Under the pieces are notes generated by a model, which did not search any database, was not told where the DNA came from, and saw only the letters and a program-made list of their open reading frames with translations. Positions 9,905-24,300 of a stretch of DNA of 64,000 bases are shown one piece after another (within the stretch, counting starts at the first letter, position 1; each line of letters starts with the position of its first letter). Source of the stretch: Lingula anatina (lineage: Eukaryota > Animalia > Brachiopoda). The translations under genes and the position numbers were made by a program. The stretch covers positions 54,352,788 to 54,416,787 of the forward strand of contig CM120640.1 in assembly GCA_051362555.1 (NCBI GenBank), in the 5' to 3' direction.

Positions 9905-10184
9905 CTAGAAGAAAAATAACCATGTTTTAACCTCATACATTGTATCTTTGATATACTGGATCATTTTCTCTCTCTGTCTTTTTTTTTACTTAAAATACAA
10001 TAGTTGTTTACTAAATAGCTGAAATTGTCAGAAACGTTTAATTTTGTCCAATCTTTATCAACCACTTAAGATTTCCTTTAAAAATTCCCTATACACTAGT
10101 TAGCCAAAATAATACCCAGAACTTATACAGGGTATACTACGTAACACCCCACCTCACAAGAACTACCACTAATGCACTATTTAC

Positions 10185-10331
10185 CAGGACTCCCTTGATC
10201 CAGCCAAACTTAACCACCACAGTGCTAGGTGTCTTCGTCTGAACTTGAACCTCATCTTTAGCCGGCCCTGTGCCATTTTCAATATTGTGAGCATCCAATA
10301 TCTTGTGATGATGAACTGGCTTAGGTGCCTC
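10185..10331 (-). CDS. SLC12A2: NKCC-like exon 2
   Basis: cag|EAPKP...VVVKFGWIKGVL|gtaaat, 147 nt. KFGWIKGVL is an SLC12A1-3 hallmark. Confidence 0.92.
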
Positions 10332-12033
10332 CTGAAATTACAGGAAACATGTCAGTTAGTCAGTGGTTCTAATTTGTATACATGAAAGGTAACCACATAT
10401 AGCTTTCGGAAAACCAATTCAAGGAATCAAATGATCTAGTGTTATATGGCACTCAGTTGCTATTTTTATCATTTTCTGCAATTGTTCATTTCAGTATTAA
10501 TTTTGCTACGTCGTTTTCAAATCTTGATTACAATATAGGGAAAATAAAAGCCTATTGTCCCCTCCCCAATTAAATAGGTAATCATGCTCAGATCACCATT
10601 ACCATGGTCCTCATTAAATAGAACAAAAGCAGAATCTGAAACAAGATATGACCTTTGCTTGAAGTAAAATGCACTACAAATATCAAGTTAACGACAGCAC
10701 TTCTCATGTTGATTTCATGTGAAATAACATAAAACAACAAAACCATACAGCACTTGGCAGGGAATGCTGCCATACATAGGAGGACTTTATTACCTGGGTA
10801 TGTACAGTGGCAGATGGTGATAACTGTCAGTGATTTCAGAGTACACTCACGCAACAACAGAAAGTTACATATCTAACCCAAGTCAGAACACTAGGAGACC
10901 CTTCCCTTTTTGTCTCAGTAATTTTATTTCAAAGCAGGTTTGGTGTATTCTAAGTGTAGAGGAATCAGCACTGTGCACAGGTTTTAAAAGTCAAGATAGT
11001 TTTCACATAGGTAGAACTCGAAGTGTGATAAACATAATGATTATAACTTCTTTTGTTTAGTTTCATAACAAGATTAGAAGATCATTCTAAGCCTCTGGCC
11101 TTTCATCTGTGATGCTTACTAGCTGTAAATCTGAAACCGATTGTAGCCTGATAAATTCTAAGAGTGCATTTGTGGTGTTTGTCAGTTTAATGTGTATTGA
11201 AAATCTTATTTTAATTTGAGAAATATATAAGAACTGTTTGAAACTTTATCACTAATCCAGACATTAAGGTCTACTAAATGCTAATTAAAGCAATAGCCTT
11301 ATTAATATTAAAACCACAGAAATAGATGAACCTCCTGGAGAAAGCATACAATAATTAGCTCTTTGGCATGCTGTATGCCTAGACCAAACTAAGATGGTGA
11401 AAATAAGAATTGTAATTTTTATTTTATCATTTTTGTATAATATAATATAAAAAAGTTGATTCTGACAAAGAGATGCTTTATTCATTAAGATTTCACGTTC
11501 AAACTTGTGACCCAAACTTGGGATGTTTTCAAGGGGTTGTGTGCATCATTTATACCAATGATCTAATTTTCCCATTTTACATCTACTAATACTTCACTCA
11601 ATGCTCTTTGTCTTTACAATGGTGATCATGACCATACAATATCTCTACCCAGGCACTCACACCAAAGTTAAACAGCGGGTTACCACAACAATGTTCATTA
11701 ACATATTAAGAATGAATAATTTATTTCACCATCCATCAATTTACCTACCACTAACTTTGTGAAAGAGTTGTACATTTTCAACACATCAGACATTATCCCA
11801 CTCAGATCTCAGACCTTCACTACAAAAATCTATATTCCATTCTACATTATTAGGAAACTGACACCAAACATATTTCAGGCAAATGGTCTATATGCCTGCT
11901 AACATGACACCTGAATCACAGAAAATGCTGCCTTAAATCTTGCTGAACCTCATGCACCATTAAATATAGATTCAACTCTTCACTTCTACAGTTTTTCCTG
12001 CTAAAGCATTGGCCATTACACAACATGGTCTAT

Positions 12034-12087
12034 GTATAGCCTATTTCTTACCACACAACAGTATAGCCTATTTCTTACCACACAACA
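12034..12087. repeat. Exact 27-bp tandem duplication
   Basis: gtatagcctatttcttaccacacaaca x2. Confidence 0.95.
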
Positions 12088-14289
12088 AAGCTCTTACATT
12101 GATTTGGCTCAGGTGCCTTACCCTTAAAGAAGCCTATTAGAACCAATTACATTTTTTTTTCTTAAGCTTCCCTTAGGCACAGCTTACCCACAATGAAGTG
12201 AATTAAACAGCTAAAAGTCAACTACAGCAAGAGCTTCAATAAGTCCAATGCCTTCAAGTTATCAGCCTTACAACTCTAATACAGCAGTAAAAGATCACAA
12301 TCCCATTTCTTACACAATGAAAATCCATCAACTGCCAAGCTCTCTATCTATATGTTTTATTGGCTGTCATGCTTGTGTTAATATCTCATATTTGGAGCTA
12401 ACCATCTTTAGTTTAAGCATGCTTCATGCAGCTACTTTGAATGGCATGTGTAATTCTGGTAACTGCTTGTACGCATTGTTTTAAACTTTTTCCATTCTTT
12501 TTCATTTCAGGTCATTTATCCTTATGTATATACAGAAAAGTAATATCTGTGCATAAAAATAGTGCTATTAGACCTGAAAGAATATCACTTGAGCGACAGC
12601 CAAATTCATTACAGAAAAGCTTTTTTCCATCAATATATAGGAGGTCATGAAGCCAATAACTCTGCTTCACAGTTCTTCTATGCTCTTTTACTGGGAATGT
12701 TCTTCAATACCAACATCTCCTACGCAACAGAATTGTGGGTTTTGAAAATGTCTGGTTTCTAGAAGCTGTATTTCCAGTTGTCATCTCCCAGCCTCAGTTG
12801 CCCCACTGATCATGATAAGCTGAACAAGAAAAACCAATCTAGCCCACTCCAGTTACCCTGGGAGGTGGGGGTGGAGTAGACACATTGATTAGATTTCTTG
12901 TTGTGAGCTAATTATCATAATCATCTGGTTCAAGATAGGCTGGTTCAAGTCAACCAAACCCGACTAGAAACAAGACCATGCACAGCAAACATCTAGACCA
13001 GCTGACCTAGGTTGTGTTGCAGGCCAGATGCACTTCAGCAGTGGAATACATTTCTGAGCCTGAAAAACATACTAGTAGGTTATAGTACAAATGTGCTATA
13101 ACACATAAAAGAACAGGCATAAATTCTGCTGTAATATTACTCCAATACAATACAAAAGACTATTACAGTGCTAGTTTTGGTCCATTCAGCATAACCATAG
13201 AGATATAGTTAAAACAGAGTTTTTTAAAATGTGATACGTACTGTAGCTTTTCTCAAACATCAAATTTTCAAGAAATACTACAAATGCTTTTTATCTGATA
13301 ACTCTGCTTGATGTACAAAGTCTTTAAATAATTGACTGTAGAGAAGTGACATTAATTGAAAGACGTAAAAAATTGTGTGAAGAATAAGGGTGGCAATGAA
13401 GTGGTGATAAGGCAGCAATTGGTATGCATGCATACAACAACATCTTACATGTAGATTTTATTTAGATAGCACTGCTGGCATATAATGTGAGAAGAAGGTG
13501 ATAAAACACGTGTATAATTACTTACAAATCTGGAATTATCAGAAAAGGAAATAGATTCACTTTAATTCTTGTAATACTGATACATAAAAATCTCGGTTAA
13601 GAATGATTTTTCCATTTTTTAAAAGACCACTTGATCACATATGAAAATATAGAGATATTTTGTGTATGTTTTTACTGAGAATTCTGGCTTATATAGAACA
13701 TATATAGTAGTTCAACTGATGCCAGATGACCATGGATAGCAGAAGTTGATCATGAGGTAGTAGTATAACTCACAATTAAGAAGCTAAGGAGTCAGAAGTT
13801 ATAGCCTCTCACAAGGGACCAGTGGAATAGGGTGGAAATTCTTAGTTTTTATCGTAAGGAATTACCTATGCAGGATATCTGTGCAGATCTCAAAAAATGC
13901 AAATATGAGAGAGCTTCCTTAAATACATTATTTTGACATGAAGGTCAGTGCTTGCCACAATTACCCAACTAATGCACCAATATGCTTTTTTGGAAAACCT
14001 AACCTTCGTTAAAGCAAAGCCTTCAGAAAACTAAACCCTGTGCATTCGGAACAATATAATAATAATAATAATAATTAATAGTCTAAAATCCATATAAAAT
14101 GTTCAGTAGACTTAACATGGGTAAAATGAACAGAATAAGATGAATTAAGTCAATAAATAATCATGTAGTTAAAGCAATAATAACTCTTGCTTTGAGATTC
14201 AAAATTCTGCAAGAAATACATTGTAAACAACGCATGGAAATATATTCTATTGCATTTTACCACTAAAACAGCCGTTATTGTAGTAAAAC

Positions 14290-14990
14290 TAAAATCTGTA
14301 CTTGTCAATAGGGCTTTCAATGCTTTTCTTCCCGGTCGTCAAGGCATCCGTTGCCAATGACGTAAGGGTGTCACGCGGATTCTCGCGTTCATTCGAGACC
14401 AGAATAACATTTGGAACCAAACCCCTGATGCGATATGCAGACGTAAGTTGCGAGTTTTTGTACAGTGCGTCGGATAAAGAAAAGCCCAGAATTGCACACA
14501 TTGTAGATATAAATGCATTTTGAGCAATAACTCTATACTCTATAGTTTTTAAGTATATTGGGAGATTGTTCCATTCATTTGGTCCATAGACCTGAAGAGC
14601 TAGGTTGTAGTATGTTCTCAATCTGGCATAGATGACATGAGCTAAAAACTGGTGAAAGTGATCTTAAACTACGTTTTGAAGAAAAATGATGAATTGTTTT
14701 TTGTAGGTTCGGGGGTGCTGATTGGTAAAAAAATGCATGCATAAAACTTAGAATTTGAATAAAATGCATGCTCTAACAGGGAGCCAGTGTCACTGCTTTA
14801 AAATGGGTGTGATATGTGTCTCTCTGGCTGTGCGGGTTAAAAGACATGATGAAATATTCTGAACTTGCTGCAGTTTTTTTATCGTTCTTCGGTATAGCCA
14901 TAGAGTAAAGAGTTGCAGTAGTCTATAGTAAGTGAGGTGATCATTGCATGAATAACCATTCCCTCAAAAGAATGATCCAGGTATAGTTTC
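14290..14990 (-). mobile_element. L2/CR1-group LINE, 3' ORF2 remnant
   Basis: IDYCNSLLYG...KKLQQVQN...HITPILKQ*HWLPVRACILFK...RTYY...VYGPNEWNNLP, typical L2 ORF2 C-terminal motifs with stops. Confidence 0.8.
14310..14534. mobile_element. Probable small AT-flanked non-autonomous insertion interrupting the LINE
   Basis: CpG-rich block with weak termini at|agggc...actct|at. Removing it rejoins the LINE tail. Confidence 0.35.
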
Positions 14991-16186
14991 TAATACTGGC
15001 ATACTGGCATACTGGACTTTTGTCATAACAAACCCCATATTTTTGAGGTAAAAACATAAATAAATAAATAATTGTCTGATTTTAGAGCAATTTTCTGACT
15101 TTTGTTTTAAGAAAACTGTTACACAGAGCTGACCCTGGACCGAGAGTCACACCTTACAGCTTACTGTAATAAAGAATTGTTCCATAAAAAAGGGCTCAAC
15201 AAAATTTGGCAATCACACTAAGACATGGAAGATATCCTAAACTCTGAAGTAGGATGGTTGATTACATGTCAATAAACAGCATGAGGAGAGAAAAAAGGCA
15301 GGAATTATCTACAAAGAAGATTATCATTGTCTAACATATGGGCTCCCTTGTGTTGTCCATGACAAAAGCCATCCAATATGTACTCTCTGTACCCATACTG
15401 TACTAAATCACCTTTCTTTGTTATTGTAGAGCTATGAACATAACTATTTTGATGATAAACTATGATCATGATAAGAAACCAGACAAACAAAGATTTCTCC
15501 GTCTGGCTGACTTCGTAATGTGTTATCTCAGTCTTCTGGAACTGAATCAGAACTGTAGGTTGAATCAGTTTCACTGCATGTCTGGCCTGGTCATCATAGG
15601 TCAACCAAACCCAAATTTGGATAATCACCTACAGCCATGCAATGGCTAAAATAAAGGTTGTACTGCCATCATAAATATGTAGTGATAATATAGTGCCATG
15701 TATCATATCATGAAACTGCTGTTGTTAAAAATTATTAGGGCCTTTACAGTTATTCCTTTTTTCTCCCTCTGTGAATAAATTGAATATGTAATATTTCTAA
15801 TTACATGCATCTTGTTCATTAAAAAAAAAACAGATAAAGATATTAACAGTAATGGAGTAAAAAAATGAATGTACAGAAAAAACAATCATGATTCACATAG
15901 TGTAGGAACAAATGCATTTCTGATTTCTGGTTATATTGTTTTCTGGTTACATTTTCATTTCTAAATAGTTTTATTGCTGATTTGACTGGAATTTAACTTA
16001 ACCTTGTTCTTTATATACATCACCTTGATATTTCAGCTGTTTATTTGTCTTATTTCATTTTATTTTGTTAATTTACCCTTGCAAAGTAAATGAACATTCT
16101 AAATGGATTTTAGACTTTAATAAATATTTTATTATTTATTTTCTTTTCCTCTGTTTGTTGTTGTTTCCTGCTTATGCATTATACCT

Positions 16187-16235
<49 letters not shown>

Positions 16236-16706
16236 GCATGGCATTGGCCATAGAGAACAATTCCAGGTCAATCAGCTTGGCAATTAAAGTAAATTTTACA
16301 TAATGTGTCTGGCCTGCAGTAGCATCATGTCAGACTGAATAACTTCACAGCAGAAAGTGATTTTTATCACCTGTCTAATTGGGACATCTCCAGGTATGAA
16401 CATCTTCTAGGAAGAAAGAGCAACTGATATATGCTGATAGAGCTCACAGGATAAATGCTCGAGTCATGGACATTAAAATAAATCCTACACAAAACATATA
16501 TATATGTATCAAGTTATCTATTGATTACCACAGTTCTAAAACTAAATACAATTTTTACTTTAGTGAAAGATGCAAATACTCAAAATTTTCAGTGATGTTT
16601 TTACAGCAGGTATGATCAAATAGATGTAGCTTTGATTGCACATTGGTTATAAGTATATGGCACAACACTACTATGACTAAATGCTAACACACTCATTACT
16701 AAATTA

Positions 16707-16965
16707 AGGCTTCGTTCACATGCAATGTCTATTTTCTAAATTCTGTTTTCTATTTGCTGTATGTCTTATGATCACGGTCTGTGGCCTGAATATCCCGCGG
16801 CGTAATTACTGGCAGCGCGAGCCAGTTACTATAAGTTACTATAAGTTACTGGCTCGCGCTGCCAGTAATTACGCGGCGGGATATTCAGGGCACAGACCGT
16901 GATCATAAGATAGCGCAAATAGAAAATAGAAATTAGAAAATAGACATTGCATGTGAACGAAGCCT
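16707..16965. mobile_element. Fold-back MITE (Harbinger-like termini), almost entirely palindromic
   Basis: aggcttcgttcacatgcaatgtctattttcta...tagaaaatagacattgcatgtgaacgaagcct. Arms of ~120 nt, central (agttactata)n spacer, TA flanks. Confidence 0.9.
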
Positions 16966-17958
16966 TAGCCACCATAGGCTGCAATGGGCATTAAATATTA
17001 TGTAATACCTTGAGCACTACTGATATTGATTCATTTGTTGGAAAGATAATCACTATGCTGATTTTCAAACTCAAGCTGCCTTTCTTTAAAAAAAAGGTCC
17101 CTAGTAAATTTTAATTAAAACAAAAACACAGTTTGGTTCTTTAAGAGCAAATGTCACAATATATACCAAAAAATTCAATAACTTTTATAAGAAATAATAA
17201 TAAAAAAAAAAGAGCTCACAATTATGGATGAACAAATCTATGAGACATACATTCCAAAACAACAGTGTCTAATTTTTCTACTAAGCACCCTCTCCCCTCA
17301 AACATTTAACAATGCATCATACTTTACACAAAGGCACTAGAGCAGGTGTGGCACATGATTAATCGATACAACTTAAGCTATCGGGCAAATAAACAATGAA
17401 GAAATGATCAACAGGCAAAAGTAACTATATTATGCCGCCTGTATAAACAAAATACCAAACAAGACTTATGTGAGTAAACATGTTAGTGACTAAGTAAACA
17501 TCCATACAGTGAACTTGGGCAAGACCTGTGATACTATTATCCACTATATCACCTGCCAATGGGTAAATACCTGTACAGAATTATTGATAGATTATAGATA
17601 TCGCTCTCTTAAGTTATTTCTTTTTTTTACATAAATACAATTATTGTGTTATACAAAAAAACTTTCGTATACAACTTCATAACATAAAATCATCAAAAAG
17701 TAAACAGTTTGAATAATAATCTGAGGAGTACAAAAATTTCTCGAAAGGCACAAGCCAATATGTAGTCATGTCAAATATAATAGCTCAAGTGAGATAATCG
17801 TAACTAAATTACGAGGATTGACAGTTAATCCCTTCACAGCTTGAAATAATTTTCAAAGCTTTGCCATATTCCACATTAAAGATTATCTAATCTTTATCCT
17901 GCCAGCTGCCACGCTGGATCAATACCATAGCAACAAGTAGTATCATGCCAAAGTAAAT

Positions 17959-17960
<2 letters not shown>

Positions 17961-18000
<40 letters not shown>
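17961..18000. repeat. (AT)n microsatellite
   Basis: Direct run. Confidence 0.95.
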
Positions 18001-18007
<7 letters not shown>

Positions 18008-19614
18008 ATCAGAATGATTGAAGAAGGAAAGTGAGTGTTTCCTAATTTCAACTATCCCTTCAAGACACACATTAACCAAGTACTAGTAGGCATGTCAAAT
18101 TATTGCTATTAAACCCAACCAAATCGTATAACTTAAAGAAATACCACAAGCTTTCATTTTATTATTTCCTTTTATTTCATTTTCCATTTCGTTACCACAT
18201 GGAGGGTCAAATAAATGTAGTAGGTAAAATTTGACAGAGTCATTAATTGGGGGTAATTTATGAAATGTGGATTTCAAAGAGATCTATATCTAAGAAACTG
18301 GCAGTAGTAGATATATATTACATATTACAGTACATTTGAGGGAATGTGTAAGAAATTTGGATGGCTTGTTTGTTCTAAAATCATGTTCTCTTAGAATGTA
18401 TCTGTGCAGAAGTTTTTTACAATAAACTTTTTGTTTCACACATCATGTATCTATCCGGTAATCTAAAACAAAACAATTTGCATACAGATTCAGAATCAGC
18501 GTTACGCTTGGGTATCTTTCCATAATGTCAGCAGCTCTAATGTTCAATGACATTTTGGCCCAGACAGGTGCTTTGAAAAAGGTGATAAGTTGATATTTCT
18601 TTTATTGACACTGTAGGCATACCAACATACATACACTGTGTGATTGATATCTGATTAACAGAGCATTTCATGATAAATATGAACTTACCTTCAACAAAGC
18701 ATGAAATTTTGTAAAAAAAAAAAAAAAATTCAGCCATTAATGTAAAAAACATGGAAGAATGACGCCATTACAAAATGGCTGGGCATATCTGTTGCCACTT
18801 GTAATACTAACACAAATAATTATTTTAATTAATATTAAATAAAGGTAAATGCTTTACAGAAATTTAGTCAAGTCTATTTGAAATTTCCTTTCAAAAAAGG
18901 TGTTGTCAAATGAGATGCATATTCATTTCCATTTAATATAGCAGAAAAGGCATTATAAACTTAGTTTCTGTTATCTGACTAGAACTCTTAATATTCAAAC
19001 TGTACTTTCTTATTAGCAGATAAACAGGATGTTTATACTCACAATTTATCAAATTTTATCATTTTTATACCACTGCCGATAATAAAGCTCACATTGAATG
19101 AGATAAATTTTCCTGAGTAAACAATCACAAAAGCATAAAATAATCACAACAGCACATGTCACTCTCTATTTGGAAAGAATGGAATTGCATTGAAATCATA
19201 GGTTATGTTTGGATTTCACTCCTTCGTACTTAAGTCAACAAATGTTTATTGAATGCCTCTCCTTGACTAGAGTGGTGAAACCAACATTGATATCATGTCG
19301 GATGTCCGATATCTATCATTTACGCACCAACTCAATATAAACAGAGGAAGGGTTATCTTTCCACTTTCTTTGCCAGTAACTGTTATATTGGGGGGGGGGG
19401 GGGGGGGGGGATACGGTGCCATGTGTAGGTGTCTTGGGCATTAGGTATACAACTTTTTTTAAACATAATCTCAACAATGACATCTCAAATATTCGACAAA
19501 CATATAAATGACTAGTATTAGGAATATGTACTGCTACATAATATGGCTATCAGAGACCTAATATTTGACAAAACTTCCCCAAACAATAGAGGTTGGACTG
19601 GAAGAAGCACATAC

Positions 19615-20031
19615 CTTTTCTTCATGCAGTTCTTGAAGCGTCGGCCTCGACTTTAATGCTTGAGTGGTTGAGAGCAAATTTCTGTAATGATCAACGTGTG
19701 GAAGGGCTTCATTTGTGTTATGTCCAAATGTCTTGAGATTGTGGGTGTCATAAAAACTGTGCGAGTTATACGAGTCTGATATGAGCGGAGACGTAGGCGG
19801 GGACAGCGATTCCACATGGTCTCCGCCGCCAGCGTCATTGTCTGGTACTGTCTCTTTGTCCTCTTTGAATTCTACTTTGTTCACTTTGAATCGCGACTTT
19901 TGTTTATTTTTGCTGTCTTGTATATCAGAATCATCTTTAGGTACTACTTTTAATTCAATTTCCTCTTCCTTCTTTTCGGTGCTGTTTCTTTTCTCCTCAA
20001 CTACGTCTTCGACATCAAAATTCTCCGCCAT
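19615..20031 (-). CDS. SLC12A2: NKCC-type Na-K-2Cl cotransporter (SLC12A2/NKCC1-like), coding exon 1 (regulatory N-terminus)
   Basis: ATG in aaaaATGG context. Encodes MAENF...KSRFKVNKVEF...YDTHNLKTFGHNTNEALPHVDHYRN...SRPTLQELHEEK, matching the NKCC1 phospho-regulatory segment (TFGHNT, HYR, RPxLxELH). Donor AAG|GTATGT, 417 nt, phase 0. Symbol denotes closest family member, not proven orthology. Confidence 0.9.
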
Positions 20032-21264
20032 TTTTTAACACCAGAGGCAAGGTCGCAAGATAAGACCAACAATGATCACTGATCGTCACACAGTTTCGTT
20101 TTGGGTTGTTTAAAATGCTCGAGGATGGCTGCTCTAACAACTAAAACAACAAAATAAGACGCAGTAAGATTAATTCCTCATAACAAATGCTAAGCCTAAA
20201 CATCTCTGCCGTGTGGAAGAGAACGAAATGCAAGTGAGTCATTTTAAACGTGGAAGAATGCACTGTTCAAAGCACAAGGTTGTAGCAACACAACTAAAGC
20301 ATTTCACTAAAGTGAAGATGAGAAACGGCTGGAGAGGGAAAAAAGGAGTTCATTGTTGTAGAGTGCAGCAGTTGCGTTAAATACCTACCTTTTCTTTGAT
20401 AATATTCAACAGTTTAAATATTAATATAGAGGTGTAAATAAGGTCACAGGCATGCTCTTGAAAATATTTAGTGCACAGATTGCAAACTATGTTTTACTTT
20501 CATGAATAATAAAAAGTAATTCGTCGTCTAACCCTAAAAAGGACACAAATGCAAAACGTCCATATGTGGAAACGTTTTACCCACTTTGAAAATTCAATCA
20601 TCGCTGGTTTTGTTCTTTGATTTACCTCCTACAATTAAGTAGGCCTATAACGTTGTAAAAAAATATGATAACCTTCTGTATAAAGCAGTTGATTGTTTTT
20701 GAGCGACATTAGTTGGCTTGTCACCGAATAGCCTATAAAAAAGGGAGGGGGGATACACCCTACTAGCTGACAGTAAAATAGGGCCTAAGCATTAAACAAC
20801 TATTTTCCATTCGTGGTCCAAATATTGTATCAGATATCAGATGTCAAACTCCCAGCACCTGTTTCCTATTGCACCAAGTACTTGGGTAAGATGAAATGTT
20901 CTGACAATTTTTCTGGGGAACATACGTTACATAGCATTAGCCATGACACATTTAGCCCCTTGAGTTACAGTTTAACTATTTATAATAACGCCCTTAATTA
21001 CGTCATGTAGGCTATAATTTAACGTGACTTAATACAAAATATATCGGAACGCAATAAAAAAATTAAAATTAAATGACCCGGAACATGCGTTAACCGAAAC
21101 ATAGGCGTTACAATTAAGGCTCCTTACATATGTAAAGGGATGGTAAAAATAAAACATTAAATTAAAATTGGATTTTTTTTAATATAGGCCCTATATATAG
21201 ATGGATAGATACATGTGTGTGTTTAAAAAATTGAATAAAACTTTCAATTCATTCAATCTTATTT

Positions 21265-21309
<45 letters not shown>

Positions 21310-24300
21310 TTCATTTATTTATTTATTTTTTTGACACTTCAGCATGTGAAATGCACCTCTATATAAAATACAGGTGCATTTCACATAATATCGGTTTTGG
21401 GTGTATTGACATCCTGCTTTAACAGTAAATTATTCATTCAGATTCTACATTCCAGACAATACCTAACATGCCTAAAGTAATAGACCTACTGTCACCAAAG
21501 TGTTGAAAATAAATTCATGAGTTATCAATATGTGCACCCAATAACTTATTCTCACTTTACGAAATTATATAGCTTAAATCTTTGATATACATATAGGCTA
21601 TCAAACCCCCTGTTACAGAGCCAACTAATACGCACATGTAGGCCTACAAAAATACATGTCAATTCAAGCGCCTGCAAATAAAATGCCTACTTACTACTGG
21701 GTTTTCTTTTTCTTTTTCTTTTTTTTTTTTTTTTAGTCTCACGGAAGCCTGTCATTTCTTAGCGATGTTTGTCTTAACGTAGGCCTACATACTGGTACAT
21801 CATAATAGACCTTACCCATTATTAAATGATCTTTTATTCATTTATTTATTTTCATTATTATTTTCAAATAGCAAAATAAGGGACATCAAGTCTGTTTTGC
21901 CTTTCCATTGGCCTTTTTTTATAAATACTGGTAGACTACCCCTTCTTTAATTGTTTCCAATATTTTTAGGCCGTCTTTATAGTGAGTAGGTTACGCGACA
22001 GATGGAGCAGGTCTTAGAATTTGAGTAGCTTCGTGAGAAATGCGACATCCAGGAGTCTGAGTGTAGAAACCTGCAACTGAATACAAGCAAACTGCAACTA
22101 TACGTGCAAAGTAATTTTTTTAAAATAATTTTTAACTGGCTCATGGAATATGTTTAAATGAATGACTGGCACAAAAAGCGGTCAAAGAATGATGTACGAA
22201 TATCTTTCTGCGCAACCCGAAAGTATTTTATATACCCTCTGACATCAGGGGCTTCCTTCAAGATAGTATAAAATAGTATAAATTTAAACTACAATAATTA
22301 CACTTACAATAATTTTGTAACAACCTACTAGCGTACCCTGTGGAAAGTAAGTACATGTATTTTAGGTGCATATTGGGATTGTTTTTAACATCTCAAAAAA
22401 TCATATTAATAAAATAACAAAATGGCCGTCAAAACAGTTTGGAAAAGGCAGGTAAGTTATGTCTTTTTAACTGAAGAAGATCTTAAATGGATGCTATCTA
22501 GATACAGAAGGGAAATGTGTTCGTCAAAGTGCTTCCACGATTAACCAGTCAGTCATACCAGAATCTGATACTTAGGTCGTTTAGCCCTTAATTTTTCACA
22601 AAACTTACTTTTTAGATGATTTTACCTTACTGAAATATACAAATTAAATCAGCATTTGTTGACAACATTGTTGACAAATCTTGAACTTAGACTTTTTAAA
22701 GACTTCGTCATCTTCATGTAGCTGTTTTTCATCGCCATCTAAATTCTGTCGGTTTTTTTCTGTTGTACATTATGAGAATACGCATGGAAAAAATGAAATG
22801 GTGAATGCAACTGTAGAGTATAGTTAGGACCAAGAAAATGCAGCTACATGTAGCTACAAGGTGGCTAGTACTGTAAGGCTGTGATACGGCACCGTAACTC
22901 TCGGATAATCAGACGGCTCTTAAGCTGCTGTAGGTAGACATCACGACGTACCTGATCAAGTACTCGGGCAGCCTAGCAAAATGAATTAAAATAAGCTCAG
23001 TAGCCTTTTGAAGCACCAGAATTATCTAAAAACCAGCCGCCATATTTGGTCATATGTGTCCAGATATATTTTGGCGGCCATTTTGCAAAAATGTCATATC
23101 CAAAAGCTATCAGTATTTAAAGCAATCTGGCCATGTTCAGGCTTTTATCACAAAAAAAATAATAAATAAATAAATAAATAAAAAATTTAAAAAATTTAAA
23201 AAAATGAACAATTGGTCAATTTTGGAAGATAACTTTCCACTATTAAGTAGACGCTACGATTAAAGGAAATCCCTGCCCTTTTCTTACCTTGATCCAACGT
23301 ATAATCCAGCTGTCATTTGTGCAAATAACATGTCCTTTTTAATATTCCAACCAAGCTCTAGTGACAATCCGATATTGTCGGAAGCCTTTTATCCTCGCCG
23401 CAATCGTGTCAGTGGTCGCGTGATGTAGCTATATATTCTCTACCAGATGTCTCCTAACTGTAACAATGTTGTATGTAAACTTCATGCAGTTTTGTACCAG
23501 GTAGAAAATCTTTGGTGGATTAAGTAATGTTTTTTGTTCACTTGGTTTGAATGATGGGGTGAATGTGCTAAATGTAATTTAGGATGGAGGAGACGTTAAT
23601 ATTATTTATACCTCTTGTGGTACCAATCTACTCGCTGAATGAAGGAAAAGTAAGAGACTCTAACTTGTTTAATGAAGGGCTTATACATAATGAACATCGA
23701 AATATATTTTTCTAAAATCTCTGTATGGGGGCAATTGCTCGCCCCCATCCACCCCAGCCTACATCATCTTTACTATCTCATTTATAGTTTTTATTTTAAT
23801 AATAAAAGAAAACATATAGTAGCTCCGTTTTAATACATGTATCACTATATTAACTATGTTTGTTCATTTTCACATCTACATGTTAAATTTCACTCAGTAA
23901 ACTTATAATCAGGGCACATGTAAAAATCTTCAAATGTTATTTTATGAAGTAAACTAATCTTTACAAAACGTTTGGAAATAAGAAAAAAAATTGGACCTTT
24001 TCGCAGTGTAACCAAAAGACTTTACAGCGCTGAAACATAACTTTTGTCACATTGATCAGCGGGTGGATACGTACTTGAATTTTCAAGATAACGCCGGAAA
24101 AACCTGTCTGCAAATTAGACTTATTGTTCAAGATTTTAGATCAGAATCAAAAATTTGGATTGGTAACCATTCTGGACTCTTAATTCAGATGATAGATAAT
24201 TCATAAGGCCAAATTTTAATGTTTTCCTGTGATAGTCTTTGAATATTTTATCCTAATTTTTATATCGCGTTATCATACATGGTTTTATAAAGATTTCATT

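Noticed and set aside
19781-20038. Ser-rich + strand ORF
   Set aside because: Antisense shadow of NKCC exon 1.
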